Positions 1 through 8,766 of a stretch of DNA of 38,354 nucleotides are shown in pieces. Each line of letters opens with the position of its first letter. Position 1 is the stretch's first letter. The stretch is taken from positions 1 to 38,354 of the forward strand of contig JBHLOI010000034.1 in NCBI GenBank assembly GCA_048940645.1. Direction: 5' to 3'. The notes beneath the pieces are model-generated. The model was not told where the DNA came from, did not search any database, and saw only the letters and a list, made by a program, of their open reading frames with translations. A program made the position numbers and the translations under genes. The stretch is from Promethearchaeota archaeon (GTDB lineage: Archaea; Asgardarchaeota; Lokiarchaeia; Sigyniarchaeales; SOKP01).

Positions 1-825
1 TTAACGTTACATACTGCTGAAGCGCTTATTCAAAGCTCAGGATTTAATTTGGATAATTTAATTAGAGAATATATAAAATGGTTAGATGACCCTCCTATTG
101 GTCCGGGGTATGGATGTCTGACTTCGATTCATAAATTAAGATATGGAATTCCTTGGCAAAAAGCAGCTTCTAATTCTGGCGGAAATGGTACTGCAATGAG
201 GATATCTCCCATTGGTTTGTTCTTTTCTAATAACCTAAAAGCATTAAAAACTATCGCATTAAAGTCTAGCATAATAACTCATTCTCATCCTGCAGCTTCA
301 GCAGGAGCAATAGTGGTAGCGAGAGCGATCGCTTATTTAATAGATAAATCCCCAAATGAAGGATTTTCTATTGATGAGTTCTTTGAAGTAATTACTTCTT
401 CAATTTCTAATTCTAAAGAGGATATTTGGGAAGAATTTATTGAGATTCTGGGTAAAGTAAAAAAGAATTTGAATATTTCAATTGATTCGGGATTGATTAA
501 GTTTTCACAAATTGGAGTTAAGTCACCCTACTTTATTGAGCAATACTTTGGGAAAGCATTTGTACATCCATATACTTTGAGCACTGTTGCATGCGCAATT
601 TTCATATTTTTAAACAAATTAAATTCATTCGAAGAATGCATCTTTGAATTAGCAACAGCAGGCGGAGATAGCGATACTGTTGGTGCTATAGGAGGGAGTT
701 TAGCAGGAGTTTATTTTGGGTTAGAAAACATACCATTTGAATTAAGAAAACTAGTAAAGAATCATAAATATATTCTAAAAGTTAGTGAATCTTTGTATAA
801 CAAGTTTAGGAATAGATATGGCTGA
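1..825 (+). CDS. ADP-ribosylglycohydrolase (DraG/ARH family), 5'-truncated by the window edge
   Basis: Frame is open from base 1 (LTLHTAEAL...). GNGTAMR, THSHP and GGDSDTVGAIGGSLAG motifs are typical of the ARH family. Confidence 0.9.
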   Translation, partial: LTLHTAEALIQSSGFNLDNLIREYIKWLDDPPIGPGYGCLTSIHKLRYGIPWQKAASNSGGNGTAMRISPIGLFFSNNLKALKTIALKSSIITHSHPAASAGAIVVARAIAYLIDKSPNEGFSIDEFFEVITSSISNSKEDIWEEFIEILGKVKKNLNISIDSGLIKFSQIGVKSPYFIEQYFGKAFVHPYTLSTVACAIFIFLNKLNSFEECIFELATAGGDSDTVGAIGGSLAGVYFGLENIPFELRKLVKNHKYILKVSESLYNKFRNRYG

Positions 826-829
826 TTAA

Positions 830-1387
830 TTAAGTTTTATTAAGAAATAGTTCTAATTTTTGCAAGCAATCTTTACAAAATCTAATTGGTTTATTATCAG
901 CTTCCATTAAACTATTAGAAAATTGCATAACGCAATGACTTTGACAATGGGATAAACCAAAAGTATGACCAAGTTCATGTATCGCTTCTTTTAAGATTCT
1001 TTTTTCAAAAAGAGACTTATCTTCAGTTCTACTATAAAAAACTTCGTCCAATCGGGTTACAGAAATTAAGGCGATTTTAGAAATTATTCCATCAGCGCAT
1101 CCAAATATGAAATTAAAAGTTCCTGAATAAATATCTTCATTCAATATTCCTAAAACTCGAAAAAAGTCATAATCTAATAGATATTCGTTCATCGCTTCAA
1201 TAATTCGATTGGCATTATATTTCTTTTTTTCTAGATGATAATAAGAATTTTTTAAATCAAGTTCATTAGGTAGTATTCTGACTTTTATGCGAAAATCTTT
1301 AAATACCCATTCTAAATTTTTTTTTAATTTTACTAGAATTAACTTATCAACTTGGCCGATTTTTAGTAATAAGATTCTTTTTGTCAT
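830..1387 (-). CDS. amzA: Archaemetzincin (M54 zinc protease)
   Basis: HELGHTFGLSHC followed by CVM and C-x2-C (Cys4 Zn site); FNFIFG motif. Confidence 0.92.
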   Translation of the reverse strand: MTKRILLLKIGQVDKLILVKLKKNLEWVFKDFRIKVRILPNELDLKNSYYHLEKKKYNANRIIEAMNEYLLDYDFFRVLGILNEDIYSGTFNFIFGCADGIISKIALISVTRLDEVFYSRTEDKSLFEKRILKEAIHELGHTFGLSHCQSHCVMQFSNSLMEADNKPIRFCKDCLQKLELFLNKT

Positions 1388-1586
1388 CTTTAATATGAAT
1401 AATATTTTAAAATTGAAAATATTATTAATAGAAAATTTAATGATTAACGGAAAAATTTTTTTATTTAATTAATTTTTCATATCTATACCAACCTATGAAT
1501 AAGAGAAGTTATTTAACTTTTATTTTATCTTTAAAATAAGAGAGAAGCTAAATATTCTCTTTCAAACCTGAGACTAGTTTCTTAAT

Positions 1587-1687
1587 GGGAGGGTGGTCTA
1601 GCTTGGTATGATTCTGTAGAATTTTTTCTACAGCGTAAATCTTGGTTTGGGACCAAGGGGTCGGGGGTTCAAATCCCCCCTCTCCCA
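1587..1687 (+). tRNA. tRNA-Pro(TGG) with a 27-nt intron (1613-1639) at position 25/26
   Basis: Acceptor stem GGGAGGG/CTCTCCC-A, D-arm GTCT-AGCTTGGTA-TGAT, anticodon arm CTTGG-TT-TGG-GA-CCAAG, T-arm GGGGG-TTCAAAT-CCCCC. The insert forms a bulge-helix-bulge. CCA is not encoded. Confidence 0.95.
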
Positions 1688-1711
1688 TATTTTATAAATC
1701 AAGAAATTAAT

Positions 1712-1999
1712 TTAGAACTTCACGGATTTTTCAATTTCTATTGAATTTTCTTCTTTAAAATAAATTTCAGGGATTAAATCTTGTATCGTTGAAAAAAGAG
1801 ATAATAATATCGCGGGATTATCAGAAGTTATCAGATAATATGGTCGTATTTTTCTCTTTTTAGATATAACAATTTGATCTTTAAAGAATTGTAATATTTG
1901 CTGAATATCTTTCTTAAAATCCGTATGTCTTTGTATCCAGAGAAAGATTTGATTTTGGTTTGTCTTTCGGTTAGTTTTTATCATTAATTTTAAAATCAT
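1712..1999 (-). CDS. Small hypothetical protein
   Basis: 95-aa ORF filling the gap, with protein-like composition; no motif recognised. Confidence 0.6.
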   Translation of the reverse strand: MILKLMIKTNRKTNQNQIFLWIQRHTDFKKDIQQILQFFKDQIVISKKRKIRPYYLITSDNPAILLSLFSTIQDLIPEIYFKEENSIEIEKSVKF

Positions 2000-2207
2000 T
2001 GTAACTCAAATCTAATTTATATAAAACTAATTGATTTACCATATTTCTAGTTTAAAATATATAAATTCTAACAATTTTTTAGAAAATCAGCAGATTCCTG
2101 AGAGTTGGGTTTTTATACAAAAAAGTTGTATTAAATGTTTTTAAATCTTCTATTTAACACATAATTTAGTAAGTTTAAATCTATTAATACATATCTGGTA
2201 TATTATT

Positions 2208-2981
2208 TTGGAATCTAAAGGTTTAGATGGTTTATGGTTTAATTCTGGTAATTCAAAATGGAGAAAACTATTATTTATAATTATAAGTGTATTACCTGTC
2301 TCCTTTCTCATGAAGTTTGTATCAGAATGGACGCACGAATTTCTTGGCCATTGTGGAATTGGTTTTTTAGCTGGGGGACAGCCAATAAGTTATTATGTAT
2401 CATGGATTTGGCCATTAGAATTTGGGTATGCATTTGTTTCATTCCCCGCAGGAGCAAGTGATCTCTCAAGGGCATTTATGGCAGGTGGAGGGATTATTGC
2501 TTGCCTTATAGCGGGTATTTCTTGCCACATTATTATATATTATGTAGTAAGAAAAAGGGCAATGAAATCAAATATAGTATTCATAATACTTCACATCTTA
2601 TTCTGGTATGGATTTTGGGCGTTTATGAACTCAATAGGTTATCTCTTGGTTGGAAGTCTTTTAAATTTCGGTGATATTAGATTAATAACAATGTACACCG
2701 ATATTTCTAATTGGGTGTTTTTAATCCCTGGATTTTTAGCCCTAATTTTTTTTTATTACTTGATTTCCAAGAATTTCAATTTATTATTTAAACCCTTCTC
2801 AAGTTTAAAAGCTAAATGGAAATTGTTTATATTTTGGTTACTTCTTCCTGTTATTTTTATATTAGTTTCTTTAAATCCTTCTATAGCTATTTCGTTAAAT
2901 TTATTCTTTATTGTTTTTCCCTTAATGCTTATACCTAGTATAATTTCATTAATTTTTTCAAATAGAGTTTTTCCTGATTAG
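2208..2981 (+). CDS. Polytopic membrane protein, probable M50-like intramembrane metalloprotease
   Basis: About 7 hydrophobic segments; HEFLGH in the first TM, then AGGG and a downstream GD motif. Confidence 0.65.
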   Translation: MESKGLDGLWFNSGNSKWRKLLFIIISVLPVSFLMKFVSEWTHEFLGHCGIGFLAGGQPISYYVSWIWPLEFGYAFVSFPAGASDLSRAFMAGGGIIACLIAGISCHIIIYYVVRKRAMKSNIVFIILHILFWYGFWAFMNSIGYLLVGSLLNFGDIRLITMYTDISNWVFLIPGFLALIFFYYLISKNFNLLFKPFSSLKAKWKLFIFWLLLPVIFILVSLNPSIAISLNLFFIVFPLMLIPSIISLIFSNRVFPD

Positions 2982-3002
2982 TATTTAATCATTAGTGGAT
3001 TT

Positions 3003-3011
3003 AAAAAAAAA
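3003..3011 (-). terminator. Oligo-T terminator candidate
   Basis: T9 on the minus strand just after the polyferredoxin stop codon. Confidence 0.4.
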
Positions 3012-3019
3012 GAGTAAAT

Positions 3020-4087
3020 TTACTCTAAATGTTTTTTCAATTCTTTTATAATTTTATCTACTTTTTTATCTTTAATCCAATATCTAATTTTTGAAGATTT
3101 AAGAAATTCTTGAATTTTGCTATTTAATTCTGCTAGTTTTTCTCTATCTTTTTTTGATAATTGAGGAATCTCTTCTTCGACTTTTTCTTTTACTTTCTTA
3201 ATTTCTTCCTCAATAATAGGAATTTCAATCTGTTCTTTTCCTTCAATTAATCTTCGTCTCAATATTTCTTTAATATTATTAATCCATCCTTGAATCCATG
3301 GGTAATTTCCTTTTTTCTTGGGATCTTCAATTTCAATATCTTTTCTATTTATAATAATCAAATCGTCTGGGCAGGAATTTACACAAGCTCCACAATAAAA
3401 GCATTCTTCTTCATTGCAGGCTATTTTCCCATACTTTATTACATCTTCAGCGCATTCTGGTATGAAAAAAGATTCTGTTGGGCAAATATTGACACATGCT
3501 TTGCAACCTTGGGGATCACATTTATGGAGCATGTTTTTTTTAATAATAACTTCTCCTTGAATTGGAGAGTTTATATGAAAACATTTAGTAGGACATTCTT
3601 TTTCTATCTGGTAATATTCCTTTATAGCATTTCTTTCACGAACGCTTAGGCATAATTTGCATATTTCATTTTTTTTATCTTCAATGCATTTATCCATATC
3701 AATTACATAAAATTTTCCGATTGAGGGAAATTCATCTAAAGATATTTTACCTTCAGGTTCAATATTCTCATGGAATGCATCAGTAGGACACACTATTACA
3801 CATAACATACAATAACAACATTTTTCATGATCAATGAAAAGTTTAGGATTGGAATCATCCAAGATATTTTGGGCAATTTCAGGAATAGGTCCTAAATCTA
3901 TTGCATCCACAGGACATACTAATTTACATAAACTACAACCTATGCATTTTTTAATATCATAAGTCAGTTTCTTATTAACATCTTTATATTTCCAATTAAG
4001 AATTAACTGATTGGGTAAAATTCCAAGACTTTTTTCAATAGTCTCTTCTTTATTTTCTAGTTCCTCTTTTTTTGAAGCATTCGAAAT
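3020..4087 (-). CDS. FwdF-like polyferredoxin (about five [4Fe-4S] motifs); start extended upstream of the ORF-track call
   Basis: Frame stays open upstream of 3910 and adds CIGCSLCKLVCPVDAIDLGP. Further motifs: CCYCMLCVIVCP, CDPQGCKACVNICP, CFYCGACVNSCP. The AIxLGP..IA spacer resembles FwdF. Start codon uncertain (ATT at 4087 proposed). Confidence 0.8.
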   Translation of the reverse strand: MSNASKKEELENKEETIEKSLGILPNQLILNWKYKDVNKKLTYDIKKCIGCSLCKLVCPVDAIDLGPIPEIAQNILDDSNPKLFIDHEKCCYCMLCVIVCPTDAFHENIEPEGKISLDEFPSIGKFYVIDMDKCIEDKKNEICKLCLSVRERNAIKEYYQIEKECPTKCFHINSPIQGEVIIKKNMLHKCDPQGCKACVNICPTESFFIPECAEDVIKYGKIACNEEECFYCGACVNSCPDDLIIINRKDIEIEDPKKKGNYPWIQGWINNIKEILRRRLIEGKEQIEIPIIEEEIKKVKEKVEEEIPQLSKKDREKLAELNSKIQEFLKSSKIRYWIKDKKVDKIIKELKKHLE

Positions 4088-4175
4088 TTTAATTCTACCG
4101 TATTTTCAGTTGATTAATATTCTAATTAATCTAAATTATACTGATTAAATAATTTTAACTTCATAAAGAAATAAG

Positions 4176-4676
4176 TTAAGAAAAATACGTTTGGCTTTCT
4201 CTATCAAATCCATGCACATATTCAATAGGGATTCCTTCAGGGCGTCTTTCTGGAGGGACGTAAATCAATTTTAAGTTAGGAATAAAAGCTCCAATTCCAT
4301 TTTTGGCAAGTATCATAGCGGGATGGTTAGCTTCCTTAAAAATTTCTTCAGTTACTTTTAAAGTAATTTCTCTACACTGATATTCATCAATTTTTCCCAA
4401 TGAGTGAATATATTCATGGAGAAGGATATGGTATGTATAAGCCCATACAATTTCATATGGTTGCGACTCTAGGATTATTTTTAGTGGAGCTTTATTCATC
4501 ACAATTTCATAACCAGGATAGAAGTGCATCCCACCTACAAAACCGCCTTGGTACATTCCCAATTCTGCTAAACCAAGGCTTAATCCCGCTCTATGAAGTT
4601 TTAAGATTTTTCTAACATCTTTTTTAACTTTTTCGAAAATTTCAGGCATTTCTTTTTTAAATTCTTGGAGCTTCAT
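4176..4676 (-). CDS. Small HExxH putative zinc metallopeptidase (conserved archaeal type)
   Basis: ILLHEYIHSLG motif; GAGGT SD before the ATG. Confidence 0.7.
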   Translation of the reverse strand: MKLQEFKKEMPEIFEKVKKDVRKILKLHRAGLSLGLAELGMYQGGFVGGMHFYPGYEIVMNKAPLKIILESQPYEIVWAYTYHILLHEYIHSLGKIDEYQCREITLKVTEEIFKEANHPAMILAKNGIGAFIPNLKLIYVPPERRPEGIPIEYVHGFDRESQTYFS

Positions 4677-4708
4677 AAATTACCTCGTTTATTTTATGTA
4701 TAAACTGT

Positions 4709-5536
4709 TTAAAAGTCAAAAAACCAATCATCCTCATCTTCACGTAAAAAACCCATTAATCGTGATAAATCTTCTAATAATGGTCTATAGAGCGAACCAA
4801 ATCTTCTATTTCGTTCATATTTATCCATATCTGAGAAAAATAAATCATCCATCAATGCATCGATGCGAAATCCTTTAAAGTATCGCTCTGGTTTAAAAAA
4901 CATGGTAGTTAGAATTTCCTCAGTCAGATTTAAACTAGCTCTTAAATTTTTATCTTTAATATCTTCATATTTACTTCTTAGCATTGTTTCTAATTTCTCT
5001 TTAAATTGACCATGCATTAGATTTTTTATTTCTAATATTAAACATTCTTTCTGAGTAAGAAATTCTTTTCTTTTATTTTCTAAATCGATTATACTTTTCT
5101 CTACTTTTCTTATCTCATCTCCTAAATATCTAATCTTATCATTTGGGGTCTTAATTTTGGAATAATTAATTGAACAACTCATATCCTTAAATTCAACAGT
5201 CTCTGATTCACTATCAGACATGCTAGTATTATATTTGATATTATAATAATCAGGAGATATATCAATATTAACTGAAATATTACTTTTTATTCTATATTTA
5301 TCTCCCCTAGTTTCATCTGATTCAATAGCTTCAATGATGTTGTTATTTTGAAGGAGAGATAATTGACTGTGAACTGCTTGTCTTGAGATTCCTAATGAAC
5401 TTGCCAATTCTGGGGCAGAATGTGGAACTTTTGATAGTTTTGTCAATATTGCTCTTCTTGTTGGATTACCTAATATTTCTAATAAGGAATCTAAACTGAT
5501 AAATTGATACTTTTCATCTTCTTCCTCAATTTCTAT
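4709..5536 (-). CDS. ArsR-type winged-HTH plus coiled-coil regulator, Phr/HSR1-like heat-shock regulator; start extended
   Basis: The in-frame upstream extension encodes LLEILGNPTRRAIL (ArsR helices 1-2), then ELASSLGISRQAVHSQL HTH and a coiled coil. Lies directly downstream of hsp20-cdc48. Proposed ATA start at 5536 after AGGTGA. Confidence 0.8.
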   Translation of the reverse strand: MEIEEEDEKYQFISLDSLLEILGNPTRRAILTKLSKVPHSAPELASSLGISRQAVHSQLSLLQNNNIIEAIESDETRGDKYRIKSNISVNIDISPDYYNIKYNTSMSDSESETVEFKDMSCSINYSKIKTPNDKIRYLGDEIRKVEKSIIDLENKRKEFLTQKECLILEIKNLMHGQFKEKLETMLRSKYEDIKDKNLRASLNLTEEILTTMFFKPERYFKGFRIDALMDDLFFSDMDKYERNRRFGSLYRPLLEDLSRLMGFLREDEDDWFFDF

Positions 5537-5574
5537 CTTTATCTCACCTTTTAATATTATTAAATATAAAAAAA

Positions 5575-7917
5575 TTATCTATACATATCCTCAGCTTCTT
5601 TCGCATAGCTGTCATGTGCTCTTTTTGCTCTATCCGCACCTTTAAGAATTTTTGCTATTGCTTGTTCAAAATCAACATTTGAAAGGGCAATCTTATCAAC
5701 TAATTGAGATTGAAGTTCTCCAATTTTATCTTCCAAATCTTTAATTTCACTATCCAAACTTACTATACTACTTGTTGATTGCTCATTTTTTAATTGTTCT
5801 AATTGATTGTTATATTCTTGAATTTTTTGCTTTTTCTCATTAATTAAGGGCACAGCGTTCCTTATTGTTAATAAGGTTGTCTCTTCACATATAGCTTGAA
5901 TATCAGCACCTGTATATCCATCTAAATCCTCTGCTAATTTATCTATATTGACATTATTCGCTAGAGGCTTGTTTCTTAAATGTATTTTAAATATTTCCTT
6001 ACGAGTTTCTAGATCTGGCATAGGAATTTCAATATGTCTCCCAAATCTACCTGAGCGTAATAATGCGGGATCTAGAAGTTCAGGACGATTAGTTGCCGCG
6101 AGTAAGATAACATCTTTTAGATCTTCCATTCCATCCATTTCAGTTAATAATTGAGATACAACTTGTTCTGTTACTTCGGAACTTGCAAATCTTCCCCTCA
6201 TCCCAGCAATCGCATCGACTTCATCAAAAAATATGATACACGGTGCTGCTGATCTAGCTTTTCTAAATGTTTCTCTAACTGCTTTTTCACTTTCTCCCAC
6301 CCATTTTGATAAGAATTCAGGTCCTTTTACAGATATAAAATTTACTTCACTTTCATGAGCTAAAGCTTTTGCTAACAATGTTTTACCGGTACCAGGGGGT
6401 CCAAATAATAGTATTCCATTCGGAGGTTTTGAATTTAAATGTTTATATAATTCTGGATATTTCAAGGGCCACTCTATTACTTCTCTTAATTGTTGTTTTG
6501 CATCTTCTAAACCTCCAACATCATCCCAGGTTTCCTTAGGTTGTTGTATTAAGACTTCTCTCAGAGCAGATGGTTCAATACTATTTAAAGCATAGAGAAA
6601 GTTCTCCATTTTTATCTGAAGTTGTTCTAATATTTCCATAGGAATAGGTTTATCAAAATCAAATTTGGGCAAAATTTCTCTAATAGCTAACATTGCTGCT
6701 TCTTTACATAAAGCTTCTATATCTGCTCCTACAAATCCATGGGTTCTCTCAGCAATTAATTTTAAATCGACATCTCCATTTAAAGGCATTCCACGTGTGT
6801 GTATTAACAATATCTCATATCTACCATCAGTATCGGGGACTCCAATCACAATTTCTCGATCAAATCTTCCTGGTCTCCTTAATGCTGGATCAATATCGTT
6901 AACTCTATTAGTTGCTCCGATTACAATTATTTCACCTCTTCTTTCCAATCCATCTAGCAATGATAGTAATTGGGCTACAACTCTTCTTTCTACCTCTCCA
7001 GTGACTTCTCCTCTTTTTGGAGCAATAGAATCTAGCTCATCAATAAATATTATAGAGGGAGCCATTTCTTTAGCTTCTTCAAACTTTTTTCTTAGATTTT
7101 CCTCACTTTGACCATAAAACTTGCTCATTATTTCAGGTCCGCTAATAGTAATAAAATGTGCGTCGGTCTCATAAGCTACTGCTCTCGCTAATAATGTTTT
7201 TCCCGTACCAGGAGGGCCATGCAATAATACTCCTTTGGGAGGTTCAATTCCTATCCTTTTGAATAACTCAGGATGTCTTATTGGCAATTCAATCATTTCT
7301 CGAATTCTCTGAATTTCTTCTTCTAACCCTCCAATATCCTCGTAAGTTACCCGAGTTCTCTCTAATTCTTCAAGTTCCTTATGGCTTTTAGGTGATAGAA
7401 GAATTTTAGTTTGATCATCTATTCTTACAGCATCTGATTTTGGTGTATAATCAATAACTACTAAATTCACTCTACTACCCATAGCATAAAAACTAAGGAT
7501 ATCTCCTTTAGTGATCACTCTGTTTTCTAATATATTTGCCAATTGTTGAGCGTTCCGTAAAATGATAGCTTCTTCTAAGCCTGCAAAGGTAACTCTTTCA
7601 GCAATACTAGCTTCTATTTTAGAAATCCTTACAATATCATCAATGGAAGTATTGATATTTCTTCTTATTGAAGAATCAATTCTTATTATTTTTGTACCTT
7701 TGTCTTCTTTATAATCACTCCAAAATAAAGCAGCTGTACGTTTATTTGATGATGGATGGATAATTTCTATAACATCTCCAGGATGAATCCCCATTTCTTT
7801 TACAATATCTGCATCTATTCTTATAAATCCTTTGCCTACGTCCTCCTTTAATGCATCCTTTACTCTTACTTCCACGGAGTTTCTTTTATTCTCTCCCGCT
7901 AAACTACTACTCATCAC
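5575..7917 (-). CDS. cdc48: Cdc48/VCP/VAT double-ring AAA+ ATPase
   Basis: N-domain, two GPPGTGKT Walker A motifs, FIDE/FFDE Walker B motifs, RPGRFDRE and RSGRF arginine fingers, C-terminal HbYX (MYR). Confidence 0.97.
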   Translation of the reverse strand: MMSSSLAGENKRNSVEVRVKDALKEDVGKGFIRIDADIVKEMGIHPGDVIEIIHPSSNKRTAALFWSDYKEDKGTKIIRIDSSIRRNINTSIDDIVRISKIEASIAERVTFAGLEEAIILRNAQQLANILENRVITKGDILSFYAMGSRVNLVVIDYTPKSDAVRIDDQTKILLSPKSHKELEELERTRVTYEDIGGLEEEIQRIREMIELPIRHPELFKRIGIEPPKGVLLHGPPGTGKTLLARAVAYETDAHFITISGPEIMSKFYGQSEENLRKKFEEAKEMAPSIIFIDELDSIAPKRGEVTGEVERRVVAQLLSLLDGLERRGEIIVIGATNRVNDIDPALRRPGRFDREIVIGVPDTDGRYEILLIHTRGMPLNGDVDLKLIAERTHGFVGADIEALCKEAAMLAIREILPKFDFDKPIPMEILEQLQIKMENFLYALNSIEPSALREVLIQQPKETWDDVGGLEDAKQQLREVIEWPLKYPELYKHLNSKPPNGILLFGPPGTGKTLLAKALAHESEVNFISVKGPEFLSKWVGESEKAVRETFRKARSAAPCIIFFDEVDAIAGMRGRFASSEVTEQVVSQLLTEMDGMEDLKDVILLAATNRPELLDPALLRSGRFGRHIEIPMPDLETRKEIFKIHLRNKPLANNVNIDKLAEDLDGYTGADIQAICEETTLLTIRNAVPLINEKKQKIQEYNNQLEQLKNEQSTSSIVSLDSEIKDLEDKIGELQSQLVDKIALSNVDFEQAIAKILKGADRAKRAHDSYAKEAEDMYR

Positions 7918-7972
7918 TCAAAACCTCTATTTACATATTTAATTCTTTTTTCTTATATATTAAATTGATTAT

Positions 7973-8602
7973 TTAGATTTTATTAATTTTTATTATATTT
8001 AGTTTTAAAATTGCTATACCATTATTAATATCTAAACTATAGTTATCCATGGTACATTTAAATGGTAATTTAATCTCTTTTACGAATCTGCGTAATTGGC
8101 TTTCTGCACTTATTTTTAATTTTCTTCCATCTTCGCTAAGACTCAGTAAAAAGTGACCTTTCTCTACTCCCGGTACTTCTGTAACAATTTCTATAAAATC
8201 TTCATGTTCAATCAATTCTGAGTAAGGTTCTAAGATTTTAATTTTGTTATAGTTTTTCGTGGGTTCTATTTGGAGTTCTTCAGCATTAATCTCTTTAACT
8301 TTAGCTTTTTCAGGTAATTGATGAAAATTAGAATATTTAGATAGATTTAGTCTTTTTAAATAATCTTGAAGTTTGTTCTGATCAAAATCTCCTTCGATCC
8401 TTACTTCAGGTTTGTCCATACCTGGCTCAAAATGGTAAGTAACCTTAAATGCTTTTCCTTTCTTGTCCTTAGGATCTTTTGTTTGATTTAAACTTGGCCC
8501 AGGTAGAAAAAAGAAATCCACATCGAAATTATCCCAATTTAAACCAAAATTTTCCTTAATCTTCTCAAAAAAATCATCAATATCATCATAATCATCAGAC
8601 AT
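7973..8602 (-). CDS. hsp20: Small heat-shock protein (Hsp20/alpha-crystallin domain)
   Basis: EVPGVEK...INNGIAIL alpha-crystallin motifs and an acidic/Phe-rich N-terminus. The ATG at 8602 follows a GGTGAG SD and is preferred over 8644. Confidence 0.85.
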   Translation of the reverse strand: MSDDYDDIDDFFEKIKENFGLNWDNFDVDFFFLPGPSLNQTKDPKDKKGKAFKVTYHFEPGMDKPEVRIEGDFDQNKLQDYLKRLNLSKYSNFHQLPEKAKVKEINAEELQIEPTKNYNKIKILEPYSELIEHEDFIEIVTEVPGVEKGHFLLSLSEDGRKLKISAESQLRRFVKEIKLPFKCTMDNYSLDINNGIAILKLNIIKINKI

Positions 8603-8638
8603 AAACTCACCATATAAAAGATTTTGTAAATTCTTGCT

Positions 8639-8670
8639 TGACAATTAATAGATGTCACTTAAAATATAAA
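8639..8670 (-). promoter_or_regulatory. hsp20 promoter: TATA box (8663-8670) plus TGACA-N9-TGTCA inverted repeat (8639-8657)
   Basis: TTTATATT on the minus strand, with the palindrome between the TATA box and the expected transcription start. Confidence 0.5.
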
Positions 8671-8766
8671 TATCTATCGATTTTAAAAAATAAGAGTTCG
8701 CGGTTTAAAAATCAATTTTATAAATCAAAAGTAAAAAATTAGATTTCATAGTTAAAAATATAAATC

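Noticed and set aside
1498-1560. Short AATAAGAG direct repeat and AGAGAA/TTCTCT inverted repeat upstream of the tRNA
   Set aside because: Short and low-complexity; compatible with chance in AT-rich promoter DNA.
1587-2981. Genomic island integrated at tRNA-Pro
   Set aside because: No integrase and no duplicated tRNA 3' end seen in the window.
5948-7111. Antisense ORFs within cdc48, and similar shadow ORFs (e.g. 3290-3649, 8795-9148, 21593-21952, 29333-29881, 31655-32050)
   Set aside because: They overlap well-supported genes on the opposite strand, lack motifs, and are expected codon-bias shadows.
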